Below, in pieces: positions 9,962 through 20,100 of a DNA stretch of 64,000 bases. The position numbers were made by a program, and so were the translations under genes. Source of the stretch: an uncultured Caulobacteraceae bacterium (GTDB taxonomy: Bacteria > Pseudomonadota > Alphaproteobacteria > Caulobacterales > Aquidulcibacteraceae). The notes beneath the pieces are model-generated. The model had not been told where the DNA came from and made no database searches. It saw nothing but the letters and a program-made list of their open reading frames with translations. Each line of letters begins with the position of its first letter. The first letter of the stretch is position 1. The stretch spans positions 10,000 to 73,999 of the forward strand of contig CAZLWK010000013.1 of assembly GCA_964563395.1 (NCBI GenBank). The letters are read 5' to 3'.

Positions 9962-10079
9962 GAAATCCTCGATGTTTCAACGGCCGGGGCGATGCGAGGC
10001 CCAATCCGGGGGCCGCCTTCCGCCGCTTTCACGGCAGGCTTATGGGCGGTTTGAGGCGAAGTTGGGGAGGCCGGCGGGC

Positions 10080-10466
10080 CTAGCGCTCCTCGTCCGCCTC
10101 TGGCTCGAGCGCGTCCGCCGGGCGACGCAGATTGCGCAGCGCGATGAAGCCGATCAGCGCGGCCAGCGCCGCCGGCGCGGCCCAAAGCGCCAGAGTGTGC
10201 GCCGCCAGGGGCGGGCGCAGCAGCACGAAATCGCCATAGCGCTCGCGGAAGAAGGCGCGGATTTCAGCGTCACTCTCCCCTTCGGCCACGCGCGCGCGCA
10301 CCAAGGCGCGCATGTCCGCCGCGATCGGCGCGGTGGATTGCGAGATCGGCTCGTTCTCGCATGCCACGCAGCGAATTTCGCGCTCCAGAGCCTGCGCGCG
10401 CGCTTCGGCTTCCGGATCGGCCAGCGGCGCGATCGCCGCTGCCAAGAGCGCCACGAGCGCAATCAT
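10080..10466 (-). CDS. ccmH: cytochrome c-type biogenesis protein CcmH/CycL
   Basis: IRCVACENEPISQS (CxxC motif), C-terminal TM, 4-nt overlap with ccmF. Confidence 0.85.
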   Translation of the reverse strand: MIALVALLAAAIAPLADPEAEARAQALEREIRCVACENEPISQSTAPIAADMRALVRARVAEGESDAEIRAFFRERYGDFVLLRPPLAAHTLALWAAPAALAALIGFIALRNLRRPADALEPEADEER

Positions 10467-12376
10467 CGCCGGCGCGCCTTGCGGGCGAACGCGATCAGGG
10501 CGAGCGCGCCGCCCAAGGTCATCATCGCCGCGCCAAGGAAGATCATCTGCACCATGGGATTATGATAGAGACGCAGCGTCCAGCCTGAATCGGCGCGGTT
10601 CGGCTCGCCAAGCGCGACATAGAAATGCCCATCCCAATCGTTGAGGATGCCGACCTCCGTCGTCGGCGAGCCCGCGCCGGGATAGAAGCGACGCTCCGCC
10701 GCGAGCGCGCGCCCATCGACGCTAAGTTCGGCGCGCGTGGCGTAGAAATTGGGCCCGTCGCGCTCGACGATGTCGCGCAGCAGCACGGTGCGGCCGGCGA
10801 AATCGGCGCTTTGGCCGGGCGCGAGCGTCACCGCCAGTTCTGTTTTGTAAGCGGTCTCCACGACGGCGCCGATGGTGAGCACGCCAGCGCCGAGATGGGC
10901 GAGACTCATTGACCACACGGCGAGCGGCAGCGCGGCGATCTTACGCCAGCCGCCTGCGCCGCCGCGCTCGATGCGCGCGCGCAGATAAAGGAAGCCGCCG
11001 AGCACGAGCCAAAGCCCGACGCCCACGCCCAAAGCCGCCCAAGGCCCGCCGCGCATGAGCACGATCGCGGCCGCGAGGCCCGCAAGCGCATAGGCCGGCG
11101 TCAGCGTGACGAGCGCGGCGCGCGCATCTCCGCTGCGCCAAGCCAAAAGCGGTGCGACCGGCAGCGCGATCAGCAACAGCGCCAGGATCGGCGCGACCGT
11201 GAGGTTGAAGAAGGGCGGTCCCACGGAGATGAGCCCGCCTCCCGCAGCCTCCACCATCAGCGGATAGAGCGTGCCGATGAGCACGACGCCGGCGGCCGCC
11301 GCGAGGCCAAGATTGTTCCAAACGAGCAGCCCCTCGCGGCTGATGGCGGCGAAACCGCGCGCGCGCGCAAGGCTGGGCGCGCGCCACGCATAGAGGCCAA
11401 ACCCCACGCCGAGCACGAGCACCAGCAGGCCGAGCACAGCGACGCCGCGGCGCGGATCGACCGCGAAAGCGTGCACGGAGGTGAGCACGCCGGAGCGCAC
11501 CAGAAACGTGCCGAGCAGCGCGAAACCGAAGCCTGCGATGGCGAGCAAGATCGTCCAGCTCGCGAGCGAACCGCGCCGTTCGGTGACGATGGCGGAATGC
11601 ACGAGCGCGCAGGCGGCGAGCCACGGCATGAAGCTGGCGTTTTCAACCGGGTCCCAAAACCACCAGCCGCCCCACCCGAGTTCGTAATACGCCCAATATG
11701 AGCCCAGCGCGATGCCGGCGGTCAGCGCGGTCCAGGCCGCGAGCGTCCATGGCCGCAGCGCGCGCGCCCAATTCTGATCGACCTTGCCTTCGATCAAGGC
11801 TGCGATGGCGAGCGAGAACGGAACCGAAAGCCCGACATAGCCGAGATAGAGAAGCGGCGGATGCGCGGCGAGCGCGGGATCCTGCAAGAGCGGATTGAGA
11901 TCGCGTCCCTCGAAGGGCGCGGGATCGAGCCGCGCGAACGGATTGGAGAGCAGCAAGGTGTAGACGAAGGCGCCGAGCGTGACGAAGCCCTGCACGCCGA
12001 GCGCGCGCGACCAGAGCGGCAGCGGCAGCGCGCCGCGAAATGCGCCGAGCGCGGCGCCCGACGCGGCGGACACCAGACACCAAAGCAGCATGGAGCCTTC
12101 ATGATTGCCCCATGCGCCGGCGACTTTGTAAAGCAGCGGCTTGGCGGTGTGTGAATTTTGCGCCACCACGGCCAGCGAGAAATCCGAGCGCACGAAGAGC
12201 GCGATCAAGGCCGCGAAGGCGATGGCGGTGAACAGCGTGGCGAGGAGCGCCATGGCGCGCGCGCTCTTGCCCATAACTTCATCGCCGCGCGCGCCGGCCA
12301 ACAAGCCAAGCGCGCCCTGCGCCGCGCTCGCGGTCAAGCCAAGGATCGCGAGGAACAGGCCAAGCTCGGCGATCAT
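10463..12376 (-). CDS. ccmF: heme lyase CcmF/CycK
   Basis: 637 aa polytopic protein with the WWD motif WGGWWFWDPVENASFMPW. Confidence 0.93.
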   Translation of the reverse strand: MIAELGLFLAILGLTASAAQGALGLLAGARGDEVMGKSARAMALLATLFTAIAFAALIALFVRSDFSLAVVAQNSHTAKPLLYKVAGAWGNHEGSMLLWCLVSAASGAALGAFRGALPLPLWSRALGVQGFVTLGAFVYTLLLSNPFARLDPAPFEGRDLNPLLQDPALAAHPPLLYLGYVGLSVPFSLAIAALIEGKVDQNWARALRPWTLAAWTALTAGIALGSYWAYYELGWGGWWFWDPVENASFMPWLAACALVHSAIVTERRGSLASWTILLAIAGFGFALLGTFLVRSGVLTSVHAFAVDPRRGVAVLGLLVLVLGVGFGLYAWRAPSLARARGFAAISREGLLVWNNLGLAAAAGVVLIGTLYPLMVEAAGGGLISVGPPFFNLTVAPILALLLIALPVAPLLAWRSGDARAALVTLTPAYALAGLAAAIVLMRGGPWAALGVGVGLWLVLGGFLYLRARIERGGAGGWRKIAALPLAVWSMSLAHLGAGVLTIGAVVETAYKTELAVTLAPGQSADFAGRTVLLRDIVERDGPNFYATRAELSVDGRALAAERRFYPGAGSPTTEVGILNDWDGHFYVALGEPNRADSGWTLRLYHNPMVQMIFLGAAMMTLGGALALIAFARKARRR

Positions 12377-12385
12377 GAGCGACGC

Positions 12386-12817
12386 TTACTCGCCTTTCCA
12401 TTCGCCGCGCTGCTTGAGCGCTTCGGCGACTTCGCGCGGCATGTAGGTTTCGTCGTGCTTGGCGAGCACACGGTCGGCGACGAATTCGCCTCCGCCGCGC
12501 CAAACGCCTTCGGCGACCACGCCTTGGCCCTCGCGAAAGAGATCGGGCAGGCTTCCTTGATACGCGATCGGCAAGGCGCCCGCGCCGTCTGTGACGACGA
12601 AGCGCACCATGCCGCCAGTTCCATGTGCGACGCTGCCCGCCTCCACGAGGCCGCCGATACGCACGCGATCGCCAGGGGCGGCTTTGTCAGCGATTTCAGA
12701 AGGCGCGTAAAAATAGACGATCGAGTCGCGCAGGCCGAGCAGCGTCAAGGTCGCCGCGAGCGCTAGGAGCGCGCCCACCGCGCCGATCACGATCAGTCTT
12801 TGCCCGCGCTTGCGCAT
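12386..12817 (-). CDS. ccmE: heme chaperone CcmE/CycJ
   Basis: N-terminal anchor plus OB-fold, and the C-terminal heme-binding histidine context VLAKHDETYMP. Confidence 0.9.
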   Translation of the reverse strand: MRKRGQRLIVIGAVGALLALAATLTLLGLRDSIVYFYAPSEIADKAAPGDRVRIGGLVEAGSVAHGTGGMVRFVVTDGAGALPIAYQGSLPDLFREGQGVVAEGVWRGGGEFVADRVLAKHDETYMPREVAEALKQRGEWKGE

Positions 12818-12874
12818 CCATCCCGATCCTTGCGCGAAGCATAGTCCAAGCCGGGCGCCTCAAGCACTGCGACC

Positions 12875-13528
12875 TTAGCGCTCGTTCTCCGCGATCATCC
12901 GCGCGGCCATGGCCTGGCGCGGATCGTCCGGGGCGAGGCGCGCCTTGACCTCGGCCCACAGGCGCGCGGCGTCGGCGCGGCGTCCGTCCTGCGTGGCTGC
13001 GAGCGCCTGATAGAGCCATGGCGTGGGATCGTCGGGCGCGGCGGCGGCGGCGGCGGCGAAAACATTGAGCGCGTCTGGCCCCACGCGCCCCTGATCGATC
13101 CGCACCAGCGCCCGGCCGAGATTGAGCATGGCGAGCGCCGAATTGGGATCGCGCCGCAGCGCCGCCTGGAAGGCGCGCGCGGCCTCCTGATCGCGGCCCA
13201 GTTCGGCGTAGAGGATTCCGGTGGCGATATGCGGGCGCGCGTCCGTGGGATTGGCGCGCGCTTCGGCCGCGAGACGCGCCAGCATCTCGCCTTCAGTGTA
13301 GCTTTCGATCGGACGCTGTTTCAGCGCGTCGATCCGCGCCGCATAGGGCTGGTCGGGCAGGTCGGGCCGGCCGATCGCCATATAGATCCCGAACGCCGAC
13401 ACGCAGAGCACGCCGCCCGCCGCCAGCGAAGCGATCGGCCGGGCGCCGCCGCCCTTGCGATAGGCGTAGAGCCCGGCGAACACGGCCAGCGCGGCGATCA
13501 AGGCGGCGAACACGAAAAACAAGGTCAC
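12875..13528 (-). CDS. ccmI: c-type cytochrome biogenesis protein CcmI/CycH (TPR)
   Basis: Start taken at GTG 13528 (VTLFFVFAALIAAL). Two TM segments, then TPR-like repeats (GRDQEAARAFQAALRRDPNSALAMLNLGRAL). Start is uncertain. Confidence 0.75.
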   Translation of the reverse strand: MTLFFVFAALIAALAVFAGLYAYRKGGGARPIASLAAGGVLCVSAFGIYMAIGRPDLPDQPYAARIDALKQRPIESYTEGEMLARLAAEARANPTDARPHIATGILYAELGRDQEAARAFQAALRRDPNSALAMLNLGRALVRIDQGRVGPDALNVFAAAAAAAPDDPTPWLYQALAATQDGRRADAARLWAEVKARLAPDDPRQAMAARMIAENER

Positions 13529-13559
13529 GCGCTCAGCCTTAAACGCGCAGCCGCGTAGC

Positions 13560-15029
13560 TCAATCCGTGGCGGGAAGCCGCAGGCGCGCCTTGAGCCCGC
13601 CAAGGGCGCTGCGCGAAAAGTTGAGATCGCCGGAATAAAGGCTCACCGCCTCGGTGAGGATGGAAAGGCCAAGGCCTTGGCCGGGCGCGGCTTCGTCGAG
13701 CCGCGCGCCGCGCTTCAGCACGAGTCCGATTTCGGCCTCGCTGAGGCCAGGACCGTCATCCTCGACGATGATGTCCAACATGCCTTGACCCGGCTCGAGG
13801 CGCACCTCGACGCGGCTCTTGCCGTACTTGCACGCATTGTCGATGAGATTGGCCGCCATCTCCAACAGGTCTTCGCGCTCGCCGCGGAACGTGGCGTCCG
13901 CTTCCGCGATCAATTCGATGTCGAGCGCTTTTTGGTGGTCGTATTTCTGCTCCATCATGAAGACGAGATCTTGCAGATTGTCGCGCACGGGCGTGCGATA
14001 GCCGATCGTGGCGGCCTGGGCGCCCGCGCCGGATTCGGCGCGCGCGGCGACGCGGGCGCGGCGCAATTGCCGTTCCACATACGCCTCCATCTCCTCCACC
14101 GATTGCTTGACGAGGTCGTCTTCCGCGCCGCCCTGCTGGGCGGCGTTCTTCAACACCGCGATCGGCGTTTTGAGCGCGTGCGCGAGATTGCCGACATGGC
14201 GGCGCGCGCGCTCCACCACCTCGCGATTATGATCGATGAGGGCGTTGAGCTCCATCGCGAGCGGCGCAAGCTCGGCGGCGTAATCGCGCTCCAGCCGGGG
14301 CGCGGACCCGCGCCGCACATCGGCGATGTCGCGCCGCAGCCGGCGCAGGGGCTCAAGGCCCACCGCGATCTGCAATGCGCTCACCGCGACGACAAGACCG
14401 ACACAGAACGCGATGAACGCCGCGAAGGCGAGCGCCAGAAGGTCGGCCGCGGGCCGCAGAATTTGGTTGGGCGCGATCGCCACGAAAAATAAAAACCGAT
14501 CCTCCATGCCGCGAAACTGCAGCACGCGCGCGCCGATGCGCAGCGGCTCAAGGTCGGGCCCGCGCGAAAGATCGAGATAGCGCACGCCCGCCGCGTTCGC
14601 TGGCCCTTCCTCCAGCGCGCGCACGTCGTCTTCGGTCAAGTCGATTTGCACATCGAACAAGGATCGCGAGGTGATGCCCACATCCAGCGCGCCGTCCGGC
14701 TCGATGCGCGCCACCTGAAAATAGCGCCCGCTGGTGGGGCGCTCATAGCGCGGATCGAGCTGCGGATTGCGCATGTCCACGCCGCCGCCCTCGGCGGGCT
14801 CCGCATTGCTGGTGAGGGAATCGAGAACCGCCTCGATCTCGGGATCGATGAGCAGGCGCGTCAGTTCACGGTTGAAGCCGGCGAAAGCGACAAGCCCCGC
14901 GATCACCAGAACCAGCGTGGAGACGAGCGCGATCAGCGCAAGGCGCGCCGCCAGCGAAAAGCGAAACCAAGCCCGAATTTGCGCCCAAGCCGCACTCACG
15001 AACGCGCCCCCCGCGCGCGGCTCAGACAC
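13560..15029 (-). CDS. HAMP sensor histidine kinase (FeuQ/PhoQ-like)
   Basis: H-box AHALKTPIAVL, NLIDNACKYG, DDGPGL, GQGLGLSIL. Sits directly upstream of ccmI, like the two-component genes next to cycHJKL in rhizobia. Confidence 0.88.
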   Translation of the reverse strand: MSEPRAGGAFVSAAWAQIRAWFRFSLAARLALIALVSTLVLVIAGLVAFAGFNRELTRLLIDPEIEAVLDSLTSNAEPAEGGGVDMRNPQLDPRYERPTSGRYFQVARIEPDGALDVGITSRSLFDVQIDLTEDDVRALEEGPANAAGVRYLDLSRGPDLEPLRIGARVLQFRGMEDRFLFFVAIAPNQILRPAADLLALAFAAFIAFCVGLVVAVSALQIAVGLEPLRRLRRDIADVRRGSAPRLERDYAAELAPLAMELNALIDHNREVVERARRHVGNLAHALKTPIAVLKNAAQQGGAEDDLVKQSVEEMEAYVERQLRRARVAARAESGAGAQAATIGYRTPVRDNLQDLVFMMEQKYDHQKALDIELIAEADATFRGEREDLLEMAANLIDNACKYGKSRVEVRLEPGQGMLDIIVEDDGPGLSEAEIGLVLKRGARLDEAAPGQGLGLSILTEAVSLYSGDLNFSRSALGGLKARLRLPATD

Positions 15030-15044
15030 GCGCGCGCGCTCCCC

Positions 15045-15719
15045 TCATTGCGGGCCGGCGGCGGGATCGATGAGACGGTAGCCCAGTCCCTTTTCGGTGA
15101 CGATCCGATCCGGGCCGATCTTGCGACGCAAAATGCCGATGAACACTTCGATCGTGTTGGAATCGCGCTCATGGTCCTGCGCATAGATTTTCTCGGTCAG
15201 CTCCGTGCGCGAGACGATCTTGCCGGCGTGGTGCATCAGATAATCGAGCACCTTGTATTGATAGGCCGTCAGCTTGACCGGTTTCCCCGCGACCGTCACC
15301 TGGCCGGTGGCGCTGTTGAGCGCGAGATCGCCGCATTCGAGCACCGCGCTCGCTTGGCCGGCCTGTCGGCGCACATGCGCGCGCGCCCGCGCCAGAAGCT
15401 CGGCCATGTGGAAGGGCTTCGTCACATAATCATTGGCGCCGAGATCGAGCCCCTCGACCTTCTCGCTCCAGCGGTCGCGCGCGGAGAGGATGAGGATCGG
15501 CGTCGATTTGCCCTGCGCGCGGAGATTCTTGAGCACGGTGAGCCCATCGACCTTGGGCAGGCCAAGGTCGAGCAGGATCAGATCATAGGGCTCGGTCTCG
15601 CCCATGAATTGGCCGTCCTCGCCATTGTCGGCGGCGTCCACGGCGTAGCCCGCATCCGTCAGCGCGGACGTGAGCTGTTCGCGAAGATTTTTATCGTCCT
15701 CGACGACGAGAATGCGCAT
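15045..15719 (-). CDS. OmpR-family response regulator (FeuP-like)
   Basis: MRILVVEDDKNL, DLILLDLGLP, C-terminal winged helix (YQYKVLDYLMHH, IEVFIGILRRKIG). Confidence 0.9.
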   Translation of the reverse strand: MRILVVEDDKNLREQLTSALTDAGYAVDAADNGEDGQFMGETEPYDLILLDLGLPKVDGLTVLKNLRAQGKSTPILILSARDRWSEKVEGLDLGANDYVTKPFHMAELLARARAHVRRQAGQASAVLECGDLALNSATGQVTVAGKPVKLTAYQYKVLDYLMHHAGKIVSRTELTEKIYAQDHERDSNTIEVFIGILRRKIGPDRIVTEKGLGYRLIDPAAGPQ

Positions 15720-15724
15720 GCGCC

Positions 15725-16090
15725 CTACCGACCGAAAACCTGACCGCTGCCGGCGTCGACGCGGAGGTTTTCCTCCGCCCCATCCGGATAGCGCCAGCGA
15801 AACACGTAAGAGAGCCGCCCGCCCCGCTCGTCGAGCCCGCCGACCACATCGACGAAACGGCCCGGACGGCTGGAAGAAACGATCCCGATCAAGGTGCGCA
15901 GAGGCAAGACCCGGGCCTCGCGGTTCTCGCGCTCTTCCTGGCGGGGCCGGTCGTCGCGGGGGCCGCGCCCAAAGGCGCCGCCCTGCGGCATGATCCAGCC
16001 CGGCTCCAGGACCTGCGCGCGCGCCGTCTCAAGCCCGGTGAGGGCGAGGCCGGCGGCGGCGATCAGCACGAGGGCGGTGCGGCGGAACAT
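15725..16090 (-). CDS. small exported protein, possibly PepSY-like
   Basis: Signal peptide MFRRTALVLIAAAGLALTGLETARA. 121 aa, 5 nt upstream of the regulator gene. Family assignment is a weak recollection. Confidence 0.45.
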   Translation of the reverse strand: MFRRTALVLIAAAGLALTGLETARAQVLEPGWIMPQGGAFGRGPRDDRPRQEERENREARVLPLRTLIGIVSSSRPGRFVDVVGGLDERGGRLSYVFRWRYPDGAEENLRVDAGSGQVFGR

Positions 16091-16160
16091 GGCGGATTGT
16101 GTAAGGAAGGGGCGCTGAATAGGCCCTGAACGCGGAATTCAGCGCCCGTCAACCAGGGCG

Positions 16161-17063
16161 TCAGCCGGGCCTCTGGGGCTTTGCGTCCCGCTTGGCCCAT
16201 TTCTTCACGAATTTCTTGAGCTCGTCATCGCCGACATCGGGCACGGAAAGCACCAGCTTCACAAGCTGATCCCCCTGTCCGGCGACGCCTTTGCCCTTCA
16301 GGCGCAAAACCTGTCCCGTATTGGAGCCGGGCGGGATGGTCAGCTGCACCGGGCCGGACACGGTGGGCGCCTGAATGCGGGCGCCCTCTACCGCTTCGGT
16401 CAGCGAGATGGGCAATTCTACATGAATGTCCTGGCCTTCGCGGCGGAAAAAGGGGTGGGGCTTCACCTTCAGTTCCACCAGGGCGTCCCCGGGCGGTCCG
16501 CCCTGCACGCCTGGCCCGCCCTGGCTTTTGAGGCGCAGCACCTGGCCGTTCTCGACGCCGGCGGGGATGCCGATATCGAGCGTGCGCCCCTCGGCCAGTT
16601 GGACACGCTTGCGCGCGCCATTGGCGGCTTCGAGGAGATCGAGTTCGAGGGGAAAGCGGATGTCGCGCCCGCGCATCCGGCCAAACCCGCGCGGGCCCGA
16701 AGCGCCAGCGCCGGAGCCGAACAGGTCGGAGAAGATGTCGCCCAGATCGAAGGGCGGCGCTTCCTGGAAGCCGCCCGGCCCGCCCCCGGCATGGGCCGAT
16801 TGGCGGGCATGGGTGCGCGAGCCGAACCCCATGCGTTCATTGCCGTCCGCATCGATCTCGCCGCGGTCGAACCGGGCGCGCTGGGCGGGCTCGGACAGGA
16901 GATTGAAGGCGGCGGTGGCGCGCTTGAACTTCTCTTCGGCCTGCCGGTCATTGGGGCGCACGTCGGGGTGCAGCTCCTTGGCGAGCTTGCGGTAGGCCTT
17001 GCGGATGTCGTCCGCGCTGGCGCTGCGCGGCACACCGAGCGTCTGATACGGATCCCAGCTCAA
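16161..17063 (-). CDS. J-domain protein with DnaJ C-terminal domains, no zinc finger (CbpA-like)
   Basis: J-domain with HPD (AKELHPDVRPND), Gly-rich linker, DnaJ CTD repeats. No CxxCxGxG motifs. Confidence 0.85.
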   Translation of the reverse strand: MSWDPYQTLGVPRSASADDIRKAYRKLAKELHPDVRPNDRQAEEKFKRATAAFNLLSEPAQRARFDRGEIDADGNERMGFGSRTHARQSAHAGGGPGGFQEAPPFDLGDIFSDLFGSGAGASGPRGFGRMRGRDIRFPLELDLLEAANGARKRVQLAEGRTLDIGIPAGVENGQVLRLKSQGGPGVQGGPPGDALVELKVKPHPFFRREGQDIHVELPISLTEAVEGARIQAPTVSGPVQLTIPPGSNTGQVLRLKGKGVAGQGDQLVKLVLSVPDVGDDELKKFVKKWAKRDAKPQRPG

Positions 17064-17120
17064 CGTGACCTGTCGGCGGCTCGCCGCCGGGTCTGGCGGA
17101 CGATTCTGGATATCGGGCCA

Positions 17121-20100
17121 CTATAACGGAATTGTCGATTCCGTCTTCAAGCCCGGCAGCCCATCGGCGCCGATCTGCGCCGCCCGAAACCGGATCGATC
17201 CGCTGAGCGGGGCGCCGAAATCCAGCGTCTGAGCGGCCGCCGTGTAGACGAACCCGGGCGCCTCCACCGTTTGGCCGCGCCGCACCGCGCCCGATCCGTC
17301 GAGGATTTCGACCAAGTAGGCCTCCCGCCCCTCGGCCAGCGGAACCTCCCCCTCGCCCCAGAAATCGCCGCCGCGGCGGCTCTGCCTGATCCAGGCGAGT
17401 TCGATGTCGCCGCCGGCGCCGGCGCGCGCGCGCGGATGGACGGGACGGAATGGCCGGCGCGCGCGCGGCGCGACGGCGGCGTCGATACGGGCCGCGGCGG
17501 CGCCGGCCAGAAGCGCATCCTGCGCGGGCGCGAGGAAGGCCAGCGTCTGACCGAATTCATGCGCGCCGATCGGCACGCGCGCGAGGGCGGCGTCCAGCTT
17601 GACGATACGCCTTCCGGCCGGCGTCGGCGCCCCCATGGCGTGGCCGGTGTCGCACAGGCCGCGCAGAAACCCGGACAGCTCGTAGGTGTTGGGCGCGACG
17701 AGCGCGGCGTTGCGGGCCTGAAGGATTTCCCATTCGCCATCACCCTCAACGGCAAACACGTTGGCGCCGGCGAACAGCGCCTCTCGCGTGACGCCGGCCA
17801 GCGCGCCCGCGATCAGCTCGACGCGCACGACATTGCCCTCGTCCCAGCGATGGAGCGGGCCGGGATAAAGATCCCACAGCAAGGTTCCCATTGTCGCCGC
17901 GCGCTCGGCGCGTGCGCGCACCCGCGCCGCGCCAAGATCGGCGCCGACATAAATCCTGTGCGCGCCGCGCCACGGATCGGCGGCGAGCGCCGCGAGCGGC
18001 CGCTCATCGCTCTCATAACCTGGCAGCAAGGGCAGATCGAGCACGGCTAGGGCAGGCGTGGGCGCGACGTCGAGCACCGGCGCGGAAGGAATGGGCGCGA
18101 AGCGCGCGCCGCGCACGCCCGCATCGGCGCGCACCAGATCGAGCGTGCGCGCCGCGCCATCCTCGATGCGCGCGACCTCGAACACGCCGCCCGCGAAGGC
18201 GAGGCGATCGCCCGCCTCCAAGGCCAGACGCGCGGGCGAGATCGCGAGGGTCACGCTCTCCTTTTCCGCGCGGCGACGCGCCAAAAGGCGCTCGGCGAGA
18301 TCGCGCGCCTGCGCCTCTTCGAGCACGAGCGGCGCATCCAGGGTTTCAACCCCGCCCTCGGCCGCGTCGCGCCGGCGCGCGCTCACCGCGCCCAACGCAT
18401 AATCGCGCACAGGGTCGATGTAGCGGATGCGCGCCTCGATCGGCGCCGCCGCCGGATCGGCCCGCAAACGATAGGCGGACGCGCTCACATCGGCGGTGAC
18501 GTCGTCAAGATCGAGCACCTGCTCTTGCGCATCGGCGCCGTGCGCGAAAACCAAGGCGCCGTCACGCTCGCTCACGCTGAAATCGAACGCCGCCATCAGC
18601 GGCTCCAACGCCGCGCGCGGCGTCGCGGGCGAGTCTACGACATAGCCCGCGACCAGACCCGATACTTGCGCGGCGTCGATGTCGACGACGCCGCCGCGCA
18701 GGCACAGATCGGCGACGACCTCGCCCAACATGGCGAGACCCGCGCGCCCATTCAGCCAGTGCCCGCGCCGCCATTGATCGCCGTCCGACCAGACATCGGC
18801 GCGCGCGGGAAATTCCGGAAACGGCCGCGCGTCCCAGCACCAGATGAACACGCCGTCCGGATCGATCATGCCCGCGCCATAGAGGCTGGAGATCGGGTTC
18901 GCCAGACCGTCCCAATGTTCAAGATAGGCCTCAAGCGTGCGGCGCTGGATGAGATCGTCCGGCGCGCCGGTTGAAAATGGCGGCGCCGCGCTTTCGCTGC
19001 TCTTGGGGTCGAGAAAGAGATTGGGGGCGTTGGCGCCCTTGTCGATCGCGGGGCAGCCCAATTCGATGAGCCAGATGGGTTTCGATCGCGCGATCCAGGC
19101 CGTCGGCGCGGCGTTGCGCACGCCGCCGGGGCGATTGTGATGCGCGTTCGACCAGAAACCGCGCAAATCCTTGGCGCGGAACACCCAGGGCTCGTCATAG
19201 GCGCCGTCCGTGATCGGCGTGCGCGCCTGCGCCGCGCGGGCGGCGTCGTCGGCGTAGTACCAATGATAATTTTCGCCGGCTTCGATGCGGCTTTTCAGAT
19301 AGGCGCTGTCATGATCGGTGCGCGCCAGCGCGGCGTCGAGATGCGATGCGCCCTCGCGCCAATCGCTGAGCGGGGGATACCAATCCACGCCCACGCAATC
19401 GATCGCGCTGTCGGCCCAGAGCGGATCGAGATGAAAAAACACGTCGCCCGTTCCGTCCTGCGGGCGATGGCCGCCATATTCGCTCCAATCGGCGGCGTAG
19501 GTGAGTTTCGTCTCCGCGCCGAGCATGGCGCGCACATCGGTGGCGAGCGCGCGCAATTTCGCGACGGCGGGAAAATTCACCGCGCTGTCGCGCGCACTGG
19601 TGATTCCGCGCAATTCTGAGCCGAGAATGAAGGCGTCGACGCCGCCGGCGAGCGCGGCGAGCTTGGCGTTGTGCAAAATGAAGCGGCGAAACGACCATTC
19701 GGCGGGGCCGCCATAGGCCACCGCGCCATCGACGATGGTGAAATCGCCCGGCGCGGCGGCGCCGAAGAAGGCGTTCACTTGCGCGCTCGCGGCGCTGGTC
19801 TTGTCGGGCGTGCCGGGCGATCCCGGCGCGGGATGCAGCGTGATGCGGCCGCGCCAGGGATAGGCGCCCTGTTCGGCTTCACCATAAGGATCGGGCAGCG
19901 CATTGCCCGCCGGCACATCCATCAGGATGAACGGATAAAGGCCAACCTTGAATCCCCGCGCCTTCAATTCCTGAATCGCGGCGACGATCGTCGCATCCGC
20001 GGGCGTGCCGCCGTAAGCAGGCCCGCCTTCGATCTCGCTGATGAGATGCGCGCCCGCGCGCGTCACGGCGCCCGCCGACCAGAGGATCGGCGTCGTTGAT